Below the pieces are notes generated by a model. That model made no database searches and had not been told where the DNA came from. It saw nothing but the letters and a program-made list of their open reading frames with translations. DNA of 63,959 bases, the filler included, from Craspedostauros australis (Eukaryota): assembly GCA_030167865.1 (NCBI GenBank). It is 8 parts of 8 records of this genome, joined end to end, with 100 filler letters (N's around TTAATTAATTAA, not from the genome) between each part and the next. Parts side by side here need not be neighbours in the genome. Positions count along the whole stretch, not along the records: positions 1 to 19,630 come from JALAGF010000034.1; positions 19,731 to 37,879 come from JALAGF010000035.1; 6 more parts are not named here. One strand, given 5' to 3'. Shown here piece after piece: positions 11,419 to 23,003 of this stretch. Position 1 is the stretch's first letter; each line of letters opens with the position of its first letter. The translations under genes and the position numbers were made by a program.

Positions 11419-11840
11419 TCAAGTTGCGCATCCCATGTTCCATCGACTTTCTGGAGAGAGGGTCCTGGAACGGAATGGAATGAAATGACAACGGATGTGA
11501 TCCATTATACATACAATTGCTCGCTGCGTCTTGGCGAGGGATCATATACAAAATCCAGAGCTGCGACGGCAATGCACAGACCATCACCAAAAGTATCCTT
11601 GGCTGATAACACACAATGCACAACGACCAGCTCCCAGCACATTCATCGATAACTTAGCAAAAAAGAACGATCATGATTACTCTGCTCGACTCCAAAATAT
11701 GCTGAGCACATGCGGGGCTTGTACTTGTACGAGTAGAGCACAGCACATTGAGTAACGTGCTCTTTCTATTACTCCATGTTACCATACTCTACTGATAGCC
11801 CGCGGCGGAGCATTGGTCGGCGTCCATTGCTCGAAACGCA

Positions 11841-14108
11841 TCAGTGTGTGTGTTGAGATGTTCTTCGTTGGCTGTATGTGTCCCGGGTTCCACGTAACAG
11901 CAACCAGCTTGTTCCGAAACAGGATACCGACAGCACAGCAATGATGACATGGGTCAACGCAAAGCACTCTAGCCCGTGACATGTATTTTGTTCGCCACCA
12001 TCGCCGTCCTGCTCATCACCGCCGTCAATGTGGGCCTCGTAGACCCTCTGCGCCACGATCTTGGACAGCAGCACCGTTCCGGCTGCCGATGTCACGCCAT
12101 CGTAGAACATGTAGTTGGCAGCAACGTGCGCCTTGCCGAACACTTCACCCACGATGAGGACCAGCAACGGCCACACCATGCCAAACCCGTATCCGCTCAA
12201 GGCTGTGCCAAGCACGAAGGCGACCTCGGACCGTGCGAACGCGAGGATGACATGCGCGACCAAGGCAACGACGCTCGCAACCATCATGAAGAAGGGTCTC
12301 GGCACGCCCCAGTTCAGCGCAGCCTCGGAAAGCGCGCCGGTTGTTACACGTCCAGCCGATTGCGCCACTGAGAAAATGGCGAGGGCCGATGGTGCAACGA
12401 TCTTGGGAAAACCTGCGGATTCCACCATCTTGTCCATGTTGTTCGTCTCCACCGTGCCTGCGCCGACGAGGATGACAGCCGTCCACAGCATGAACCATGC
12501 AGGCTTCGTCATGAGCATTTGCACCAGATTCGAATTTGGTTCATTTCCGTCGTCGTCGTTGTTGCTGTCGCTAGCGTTGCCATTGCCGCTGCCCGCATGA
12601 CCGTTGCTATCTGTGCCTCTGCGTATCTGTGCAGCGGCATCGTCGTCGTCATCATCATCACGATGACTGATGTTGCCGAAGTCGATTCTGGGATGATCAT
12701 CGATGTCGAGTTCATCGGGATGTGGTTGTGCACCATTCAGTGGATTCTGGGAATCCTTTCCTTGCAGCAATGTTGTTGCATCGAATTCATCTTCAAATGT
12801 TGAGTCTATTGTGCTGTTCATGCCACCAGTTTGACTTGCACTCTTTGTCGCACTCTCGCTGGTAACTCCAGCGTTGCGCGCGTCTCCGGACTCTTGCAGA
12901 CACGTCAATTGTTGCTGTTCAGACTCATCCAGCAACGCATCCTGTTCGGCATCACCCTCGCTGCTGTTGTTGCTATTCGATTCCGCTCGATGCCTTGCCT
13001 GCGGCAGGAATACAAGCGAGGCGATCGGGAGGATCCAAACCATAACGATGAAACCAGCCAAGACAAAGTTTTGCGTGTCTTCCTGGTCGTCTTCGTTGCT
13101 CCACGTGCCCTCCACATCCAGCAATCTCCACCGGTGCGTTCCGTGCTGCTTGTCTTCATTCTCCTTCCGTCTCTCCTCGTACAGCGTGATGATGGAGGTC
13201 CCCAGCACGATGGTGGCGAGCATGATGAGCGACGCATAGAGAACTCGCAGATGCAATCTCGATGCCACATCCTTCCGTGCTGTGAAGGACGATGGTGCAA
13301 GTGCAACGTGGCCGCTCTGCAGGCTCTGCTTCTCGTGCGGCGGCAGAAACAGCAGGCTGGGAATGGTCGCCACGACTATGAAGAGCGTGGCTGCCATTGG
13401 GATGAAGTCGAGATCTGACGAGCCTGGGCTTCGGATGGCCTCGAAAAGACATGCGTAGACGCCCGAGCCCAAGCCGACGTATCCTTTGGCGATGCCGACA
13501 GCGTCACCCTTCGTGCCAGGTCCACAGGATTGCACGACGATCTTGAACACGGCACCTGTGACAAGCGCGCATCCCAGGAAAGTCGCAACTCCCAGCGCAG
13601 ACAGCGCCGCGACGATGAGCTGCTTTTCATCCTGGGCGATGAACATCCCCTTGGCGGAGATGGCGTAGAAGCACATGAGGGCGGCTGCACCGAAGACACC
13701 GCCCACACTTATGCCGAATCGCGTTCCGAAGCGATCCACCAACAGGCCAGGGGCCCAGCTGAGCAGGCCAGCGCAGAAGATCGCCGTGGAGATCGTGTCC
13801 AGCTGTCCTTCGCTGAGGTCCAGCTTCTTCTTCAGCTCGTTGCCGTAGAGGCCGAATGCGTACAGCGTCCCGCCCGTCGTGATGGAAGCAAGGAATGCGC
13901 AGCACAGAAGCGGTATGTTGGTGTGAGAGAGTGGCAATGTTTCTGGACGATGCTCCTGATCCTGTTCCTGTTCCTGTTCGTGCTCGTGCTGGTGTGAATC
14001 ATCCTCCCATTCATCAGTCTCGTCCATTCCCAATTGCGGCGTGGCATCGTTTCCCAATTCGCTCTGCTCTTGGTGGTGCCCGTCGATGCCTTCATCAGGT
14101 TCAGCCAT
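11841..14108 (-). CDS. MFS transporter, nodulin-like/NFD4 (Mch1-like) family
   Basis: 755-aa ORF. Motifs GGTLYAFGLYG, PGLLVDRFG, AVGIAKGYVGLGSG, GRVTTGALSE, EVFGKAHVAANY and CHGLECF. Two TM bundles are separated by an acidic low-complexity loop. Confidence 0.9.
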   Translation of the reverse strand: MAEPDEGIDGHHQEQSELGNDATPQLGMDETDEWEDDSHQHEHEQEQEQDQEHRPETLPLSHTNIPLLCCAFLASITTGGTLYAFGLYGNELKKKLDLSEGQLDTISTAIFCAGLLSWAPGLLVDRFGTRFGISVGGVFGAAALMCFYAISAKGMFIAQDEKQLIVAALSALGVATFLGCALVTGAVFKIVVQSCGPGTKGDAVGIAKGYVGLGSGVYACLFEAIRSPGSSDLDFIPMAATLFIVVATIPSLLFLPPHEKQSLQSGHVALAPSSFTARKDVASRLHLRVLYASLIMLATIVLGTSIITLYEERRKENEDKQHGTHRWRLLDVEGTWSNEDDQEDTQNFVLAGFIVMVWILPIASLVFLPQARHRAESNSNNSSEGDAEQDALLDESEQQQLTCLQESGDARNAGVTSESATKSASQTGGMNSTIDSTFEDEFDATTLLQGKDSQNPLNGAQPHPDELDIDDHPRIDFGNISHRDDDDDDDAAAQIRRGTDSNGHAGSGNGNASDSNNDDDGNEPNSNLVQMLMTKPAWFMLWTAVILVGAGTVETNNMDKMVESAGFPKIVAPSALAIFSVAQSAGRVTTGALSEAALNWGVPRPFFMMVASVVALVAHVILAFARSEVAFVLGTALSGYGFGMVWPLLVLIVGEVFGKAHVAANYMFYDGVTSAAGTVLLSKIVAQRVYEAHIDGGDEQDGDGGEQNTCHGLECFALTHVIIAVLSVSCFGTSWLLLRGTRDTYSQRRTSQHTH

Positions 14109-16294
14109 TTTGTAGCTATTGACTCGAGCACTCTACTTCAATCTATTATAGAATAGCATACTCTGTTGTCGAGTTTACTTTATTTGGAGTATAATCGTCT
14201 GTTATCGTTGCCGACGGAGTGTGGAGCATGGAGTATGGAGCCTGGAGCATGGATTGTTCATGCACGGACAGCTTTTGTTGATGATTGAGGCCATCAAAAT
14301 CGTGGTTGTTGCCGTGCATCATTGCCGATGGTCTTGGTTGTCGTTGGTCGTGTTTTGTCACGTGTCAGAAGCAGTTTTGATCCTGTTTTCTGGAATGACC
14401 GTCCATGCGGTCCGATGAGTCATGATGCTGTTTGGGTCATACGGATCGTAAGTCACCTTTCTCGTGTCCGTACAAAGTACAGACGTGTCATGATCTGTTC
14501 AACAACACAACACCACCACGCAAGCGAAAAGAAGAAAAGAGAGAGAAACACACAAAGAGGTTCGTAATTCATCCTCCACCAATCAGATCTGGAGTGCGAC
14601 GGTTCCACAGCGTCCACACAACGAATTGCTTCCGTCTCTTCGGTGGCGAAGGTGACGTGTGGTCCGTCTGTCCTGTTGTCCAGTTGTCGTTGACATTCGG
14701 AAAAACCGTTTGTTCTTGGGTGTCGGGTCATGAGTTGCACGTACTATCGGCATCGGTATTCAGATGATTGATCGGTGGTCCTTGCACCACGACTGGCAAT
14801 ACCACTATGAAGTTGAAGTTGGTGGCAAATTTCTGGAACAGTCGGAGAAATGCGAGGAGAGGAAAAAGTGGTGATGTGGTTGTTGCAGTCCTTGTAGCAT
14901 CGTTCTTGTCAGTGTGTGTCCCACAATACAACACAAAGTGGATGATGATTGACTCGATTGCTGACTTGTCACTGTGCGATGGCATGGGGACACTTATTGA
15001 TAGCTCTGACGTGGCTCTTGACTTTCAATTTCACTATCCTCCTGGCAACGACGAAATCCGAACCTTCCGTGTCGACCACTTTCATTATGAACCATTGGGA
15101 ACTAGGATACCGTATTACGTCTGTTGCATGTCTCATTCAAGGAGAAGCATCAGTACTATACAGCACAAACAGACGTGGCGATCTCTTTCATTAAGCGGAA
15201 AACGACAAATTTTGAAGAAGCGCTACGGTTGAAGAGACTTTTCGGTGACTGTGAGCTCCGCACGAAACGAGACCACTTCTTGTGTGCATGAGTCGTCTTG
15301 TACTTATAGTACGAGGTCCAGCGACAGGTACGAGAAGCTAAGAGCCTTTACCTACCTATGGTCTGGAGTTTCAGGTAGTCCAAGACCGCAGTCTAAGTGT
15401 GCTGGTGCGCATTTTGTTGTCTGCACACGCAAAAGGTCCACACAGGTACGAGTATTCCTTTCCTGTAGTCCAACCGTAGCAAACTCGCTCCGCGTCACTG
15501 TTTGGGCAGGGAGGAAGACAGGGAGGAAAACACGGTCATCACCAAGGAGCGAGTCGTGTGTTGATGTTTTCTCACGGTGGGATCGCGTGTCGATGGGCAT
15601 GGTTGGCTTCGCGCATTGGGGACCTTGCAGACAACCGCATCGGAGTGGAAACACCATCGAGGCCGCAGCGAAGACAAGAGCAGACAGGCAGAGACAACAA
15701 GGGACAACGACACATCGATCCCTTGACTCTCAGTGGCTACGTACGAGCACCCTGCGACACATGCCCGCTCACCTGACAACACCAGAAGCGATCACTGCAG
15801 CAGTAACAGCGAAACAGCAAAGAAGAATACTTCAGACTCTCTCTCTCTCTCTCTTCCTCCAGAGAGCCGAACATTCGCAAATACCATCCACGTGCGTGTA
15901 GAGTATACCCACAGACCACAAACGCACAGAGAGAGTTGTAGTCGACGCAACTCTCCATTACGAAAAACGTAGCCACATCGACGAAGCTTCGACGGACCTC
16001 CTTCTGTGCTTCGACTCGTGTGAAAGTCGATTGCGTTCAAGCTGCCTCAACGGCATCTCCTCGTACACCTGCCATAACATAACATACCAATACCGTACCA
16101 TACCACACCACAGCATCAATTGGCTCCAGCAACGCTCCTGCCCGCCACAGTAATCGCAGTTGCCTCAGCAAACTACGAGTGGGCCAGGCAAAGCAGATCA
16201 TCAACGACGAACGGAATACCAACAACATCATTGTCATCGCCGTCGCCACCAGCGTTGTCACAACCCGAGGATCAATACCAGCAACGGCACCGCT

Positions 16295-18835
16295 ATGATC
16301 ATCATGGAAAGGGTGCATGCTGACCACAGCAACCGCAGAAACAACCTTGACGACGTGGACGACGATGACAACTCCACTGTCTCGTCCATGTCGACGCTGT
16401 CGTCACGATCGACACGGCTGTCGATGATGGCGCCTGGGCAGGGCTTGGTGCAAGGCAACAAAGCCCACATGCGCTACGGCGACGACTTTGCATCCCTGGG
16501 TGAGCACGTGGACGAATACAGCCGCGATGCTGTGTCCCAGGCAGTCAAAGCCATGCAGAACGCGCTGGAGCAGCTGCCCATGCACGAAAAGGAAGCCTTG
16601 CTGGAGGCCAAGACCAAGGCGGAGCGCCTCGTCAAGCAGGAAACGCCCTTCGAAGAGCTGCTCAGGTTCGAAAAGCTTCACCCTATGGTAAGTACTGATG
16701 CACTAGAGTGCACTGATCGCGTATATTTGCATCCAAGGGATCATGGCACTTGTCGGGACGCACCTCGACCAGCTTCATGGGATTTCACAACCGCAAATGG
16801 CTCTCAAAGGCTCGCTGCGAGCCATCCACGTCATGAGGTTGTTGAATTTCGCAAGTCCAACACATCTCTCGGGAGATGATCCTGACATAGAAGGGCCAGC
16901 GTGGCCTAGCGAGAAGTCTGACATCAACAGATCTGGAAATTCTCGACCTGAACAACGTCTGTCCCCGTCTAGCCTGCCTTTGCAACGGTGAGCACTCACA
17001 CGCGCCTTCACATTTCCACATACACACACGCACACATGCACTGTCGTCGATTCCTCCATCCTTTTTTGTCTGATGCATTCGTACGTATGAACGTATGAAT
17101 GACACCCACATCCACACCTATCTACTCCACCCATTACTCACCTCGTGGCCACCCATTGCATTCGCTATGACGCAGAATGCTGCAAAGAGACTGTGCCAGT
17201 ATTGGCAAATCCGCAGAAAGGCGTTTGGCGAAACGAACGCGCATCGGTCGATGACGTTGCTTGGGGCCATGAAATCGTCGGAGAGCCTTCTTGTGGAGTG
17301 TCACACGATGCTGTTGCCTCATGATAGCTATGGCAGAGGCATTCTATTCATGGACGGTGCGCAACCCTTCGATCAAGACGCGTGTGTAAGTTTGCAACGC
17401 TCTGCTTTTGATTTCTCATGATCGAACTGAAGTTGATTTGGCTTGACAACTCCATGCTTATCTCTGCTTTGCTTCACTTCAATTGAATCATGCATCGAAA
17501 GATAGCGTTGAAACCACCAATGCCTCTGGCTGTGCCTGTGCCTGTGGTACCGCAGCTCAACACATCACATCGGATGAAGCACAACTGACATTCTGAGGAC
17601 CGTGCCATACCAACACGCATCCACATCATTGTCATCATCACTCACCATCCCGCTTGCAATTGCATACTCATCTCCTTGCTTCGTGTTGCTGATCCATTGC
17701 ATGGCACTACTTCACCCGGTCTTGTTGCATTGCATTGCATCACACTATTCCACGCGCATGTCCACATGCGTGCACCATATCTGTCAACGCTGGCGCAACT
17801 TCCAATCCTCTCCCAACAACAGACACAACTACTGCTGTTCTTCACGCATGTTCTGAAACGACAACGTGCCGTGAAACAAAACGGGTGGGTACTTCTATAC
17901 AATACAAAGGTACGTACTCGTGTCAGCAAGGTGGCGTATTTTTCTGCATTCCTGGCGAAGAGTGGGGCAAGCATCGGCCTCAGAATTTGCTTTCTAGTTC
18001 GTTTATTGCGATGAGCGAAGGGAGGCAACCTGCCGATCGCTTCCATTTGCGATCGTTTTGGCCTGCCAAAGCAGGAGAGTAGAATATGCTCTGCTCAGCG
18101 GCCATGGCCATCAACATGCCTGGATGGTGCCCGCTCACGAGCGCAACAATGACGGCACAGCCTTGTCGACACACGCACACACTCTCTCTCTCTTGTTTCT
18201 CATTCTTGTTCCTGTTCCACATGTATCCCACCCAAATCTAACCACTTCCATCGCATTCTTTTCGACAAACACGCACCTGCACACACATTGTCATGAATAT
18301 TGTTCTCTTGATACCCTATCACATCCAACGCTCGTTTGCTCCATTCCTCCTCTCTCTCTCTCTCTTTGGCTGTTGCATTGCCTCATCCAATGCCTCTACT
18401 GCCACCACGACTTCACCAATGCATTACACTGAACAGCCAAACGCTGCTGGATCTGCTGCAGACAAGTCACGGTTGGAAATGATTCTGCGCATCTGCAACG
18501 ACGTTCTACCGATTTCCAACCATGGTATCCACATCTTTCGTGGTGCAAAGGCCGAAAACGAAGTGGTCGACAATGACAATCATGTAGCCACTTCCCCAGA
18601 ACAACCAAAATTCGTAACCCACCATCTGGGCGACGATGGCACATATAAAGAGTCCATGCAGCTTCATGGTCTTGACTTGGAGAACACCAGCACGGCTCTT
18701 GGTGGAGACTACACGGCTGACCAATGCCTGGAGTGGTTGGCATCGCTGGAGTACAACGAGCAACGAAGAAAACACGACCTCAGGGACCATCTGCAGCTCA
18801 AACTTGCGCAGGCACAAGCAAATTGGAAAACTTGA
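16295..18835 (+). CDS. Divergent CRAL-TRIO/Sec14-like protein (diatom-expanded type); exons 16295-16687, 17176-17385, 17823-17909, 18437-18835
   Basis: Phase-0 GT-AG joins give LLRFEKLHPM|NAAKRLCQYWQIRRKAFG...LLPHDSYGRGILFMD...QNGWVLLYNTK|...LPISNHGIHIF...TALGGDY. These are the FLR/AAxRLxxYW, DxxGR and LGG hallmarks of the CRAL-TRIO fold. Start codon uncertain. Confidence 0.7.
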
Positions 18836-19630
18836 CCCCACCTTGGCTCTCCTGATTGGACAGCACACGAGAACCAACGTGCACCCAGCCTTCGCATACC
18901 CTCTCAACTCTCAGCACCGGCCGACGCGCAACCTACGTACGACAACCGGAGTAGCAGCAAAGACATCAGAACAGAGTACTCGATGCCGGTCTGTCACCGA
19001 ATGTTGCCAAACACAGAAGCGGATTATCCGTACCATTCATGAACGAACGTGTGCAACTACTCTACTCTCCCAGTAGAGACTAGACTCTAAATCAATATCA
19101 TAGACATTTTGCACAGACATCTCTCTCTAGAAACCAGAAGGACATGGTGAGTCTGGAGCATCAGAGTGGTTCCGTGCAGATGGATGAACCTGGGTGAAGA
19201 TCTCCCTGAGCCGTCATCAGGTTTGCGGCTGCGCGCGAGTGCTCAAATCTCATTTCGTGTTCGGCGGCGCAAGTTGTCGTAGAGTACTCTACGATATGAC
19301 CCACGTCAGCCAATGACCGTACGACCACGGCAGGATTTTGAAAAAATGGGCTCCTATGGAGACTAAAATTTAACCATGTATAATTTAACACATTGGTAAT
19401 AAGGGAAAGGTGCTAGACAGTGAGTCCGGGCATTGGTTATAAAGTTATGAGGTGGTGAAAATGGCCAAGCTATCTCTAATAGGGCCTTTGTGAGTGCGTT
19501 TTTCGCGTTGTTCCTCGTCTTGCAAGTTTTTGTCAATGAGACTGAATCGGTACATTTCTGGTTGGTTCACGGATCCGAGACCCTCTTGAACTCGATTTTG
19601 GGCCAAACATTCGTGAATGAAACGTACTCA

Positions 19631-19730
19631 NNNNNNNNNNNNNNNNNNNNNNNNNNNNNNNNNNNNNNNNNNNNTTAATTAATTAANNNNNNNNNNNNNN
19701 NNNNNNNNNNNNNNNNNNNNNNNNNNNNNN
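19631..19730. other. Artificial contig-join linker (N44-TTAATTAATTAA-N44); same linker at 37880-37979, 49422-49521, 50915-51014, 55896-55995, 58364-58463, 62659-62758
   Basis: An identical 100-bp block occurs seven times, and its 12-mer places stops in all six frames. Plain N gaps also occur at 51185-51255 and 58645-58702. Confidence 0.97.
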
Positions 19731-22700
19731 CTTGACTGAAGCATCCGCAAAGGCGCCATCATCGCCATCATCATCGCCGTCGCCACCGTCATCATCATCA
19801 CAGTCCAAATCCAAACTCAATCTTCAACAGTTCGAACGCAACCACGAACATGGAGGTGTCTCGGCCACAACCCCAAGCCCCNTCCAGTCCTGGAGCCTTG
19901 AGTTTGGGAATCGAATTGCAATCGAGCAAGAAGGAACGAGGGGCTCCTTCTCACAACAGATCTGCATGCAGTTCGTTGCGCCCAAGTGAAGACTCAAAGC
20001 AACGACGTTCACGCGAATGAAGCACGGATGCTCTGCGCGATGGGATGAAGGAAAGGATCTCCAAGGTGCTTGGCAATGGGCCCCGACATCACCACTCCAG
20101 CAAAACAAGAGACGTGTCATCACCATTGATATTACCATCGATATTACCATCCATATCACCATCGCCACGGCATTGGCGGAGAAGCACACAGCACACCAGT
20201 GGCAAGCTGCATTCAACATCGTCAAGATCAAAGAGTGTGGAGCGTTCGACATCATTGCGCCATCATCGTGACGGAGCAATTCACACTTGCTCCTCTGGAA
20301 GAAGCCGCGGCTCGCCATCGGCGCGGAGTCTTCGAAGCCCGTCCGACCGCGGCCGCAGAAGACTGCGCAAGTATCGATGGACTCATCGCCATCATCACGG
20401 CGACAACGAGCATCTGGCAGTTCGGATGATATGAACGCAGCCTCGCGTTCACGCGAAACCAACTCAAATGCGCACTCCACCGGTACTGGTTTGCAACGGC
20501 GCAAGGGCTCACCTTCCAGAAATCATGTCCGAGGAAGTTCGCGAACACCAAATCAACGTGGCCATAGCCAATTGATACCATGTGGCGAAGATCAGCGAAG
20601 GAAGTCCTCCGATGAACGATCACCATCGGCGCGACAACGAAACAGATCAAGAGGATATCGAAATTGCAGTGTCGAACAGCACAGCGATGAGAGAGATGAA
20701 GATGGACGACATGGCAAGGAACAGCATTGCAAAGAACAACATGGCAACACACGTTCGTCATCACACGAGGCCCTTCAATCAAATCGTTGTGGACGAAGCA
20801 GATCGTCAACTCGCGATGCTGTCTACCATGAGAAGCTGTCCGGCACAAAACCACTGCAACTCACACCAAAGAAAGTGGTCAGGAACAAGAGCGCGTCTCA
20901 GTGCCGCCATCCCTTGATGAATGGTACCAAAACTCCCACCCTGTGATGCATCACGACACGATGGGATGGAATGAGATGGATGGGCCGCTCCGTATTTGTA
21001 TCATACTCATAGAGGTATGGTAGATCCACATCCCTGTAATGTAGTACACCTACGAATAAACTGTACTTCTCTACGTATGCTTGGAACAGTACCGCATGCA
21101 CTATATCTGCTCGTGCAATAGAACACTGTGATGAAGTCACGGGATGTTTCAAAAGATTGAAGGGCTGGATACTGCTCCCGCGCTGCCTCTGTCTTGTCTG
21201 CAACTTGTCTGGTCCGCTCTCTGCGATACATACCCACACAGGGATGTTGCCGATGTCATTCATGAACGGATTGGACATCTGTGGTTCCATCCACACTCCG
21301 CCATGAGCATCGTTGTTGGTTCGTTGCTCAGACAAAGGACGAATGGCAGCAGCATTATCACAAGCTGTGCGATCGTCACTGGGAGGTCGTCCCTGTGCCA
21401 CCGGATTCACACACAGAGCAATCTACTCCAAGTTACACTACCAGGCAGATGCAAAGCAACAGTGCCGATGCCAGTCGATCCAAGTTGCTGGGAGAGACGA
21501 TCTACGAAGAGCACATGGCGAACAAGGCAGAGGGAAATGATGGGAAGCCGCGAGGAGCATGGTTGCTGCGCAGTTCCATCGACCGTCCTGTGTCACGCAA
21601 TCGACCTCATCTCACCATGAGTTGCACTCCTGCCATTGCGCCAGAACTGCAGTTGAGACCCTCACCAAGTCTCAGGAGGAGCGATCACTCGCGGTTACGG
21701 CAACAATTGCCAGGGTCACCATCCATTCCAATCTTCGAAGCGACCAGTGCCAGCGTGGCGGAAAGACAAGAACCGACGAGGTAGCGCAGTCCAAGCATCC
21801 AGAGAGCTTGACGAGCAAGAGAAGAAACCAACGAATCAACCAACCAACGAGCAACCCCATGCAGAGTGCGAGTACTGTATTGCGGATCATGGTTGACACA
21901 GAGTTCCATACAGCACAAGAAGCACTTGGTCAGCAATCCATGGCCCATTCGCACCGTACACCCACATATCCTCCTTTGTGGTGCTCCCAACTTCATTCGT
22001 GAGGTGGATGTTCCTGTCGATCGCCTCTGTTGAGCATCGATGCTCTGGAAGTCACGAGCCAAGACGGCGGCACTCATGCCTATTGATAGAATGCGCATGG
22101 TGTTGTGTGTTGGTGGTCCGTGTGGCAGGAACAGCGGAGGCGGCACAGTATCACTCCGCCTGATGCTTGCTGGACGTGTCAACCCATCCCAATACGCAAT
22201 GTGGTGTTGGTTTGATGTTGGGGACTCTTGTTGCCCGCGCGGATGGTGATGGTTGCAATGCGGTGGGATGGTAACCAGCCAAATCCAAATGAGATGGGTC
22301 GCAACCAACACAGGCAATCAACAAAGGCAGTCATATCGGTGGCTTCATCGGTGGCTTCATGGTTGTTCAAGGCATTGGTTCACACCTCAAGTTGGTGCTT
22401 GCGATGGCAGGCGGACAAGGGTCAGCGGTCTTGCAGATGCCACGATGACGCAAGCAAGCGTGGGCCATGGTGCACATGGTGGTGGCGACGGTGGTGGCGA
22501 CGATGACAGCTCTCTGTGTTTCCGAAGACTTTGACGTTGTTTGCTTCGGATTGGTGTTGCGTTGATTGTGGCCAAACGAGAACTCTGTTGTGGTGCTTCT
22601 TTCTTGTTGTTGGTCGCACGCATTTTCGTGATGGATGGGAACAGAAAGATCCAATCCGCGCGAACCAGACGCGTTTGATCAAAAGGAGACAAACACAGGC

Positions 22701-23003
22701 AAACACAAAGAGAGAAGGAGGAGACCATGCGAACAAGACAACAACATACACACCACCCAACCCCATACTCAACCGCGTGAACAACAGACATCGAATTGCC
22801 ACTCATATTCATCACACAGCGTATTGTACTCATACTCATACTAATACAAGCTGTTGCATACACAAACATCGATATCTCTTCCATAGGCAGCTCCGACCAC
22901 AGACATCTTCGACAGCCAATCCAACGTATATCGTCCAACGTCCAACGCTAATCGTCCAACGTCTATCGTCCAGCAACCATTGACCATCCACCACACTCTC
23001 AAA

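Noticed and set aside
19631..19730. Recurrent TTAATTAATTAA palindrome
   Set aside because: Always centred in identical N-runs. It is a six-frame-stop scaffolding linker, not biology, and adjacency across these joins is unproven.
19732..21784. Ser/Arg-rich ORFs 20287-20946 and 21281-21784
   Set aside because: Could be exons of a disordered protein, but I found no domain or convincing splice model.
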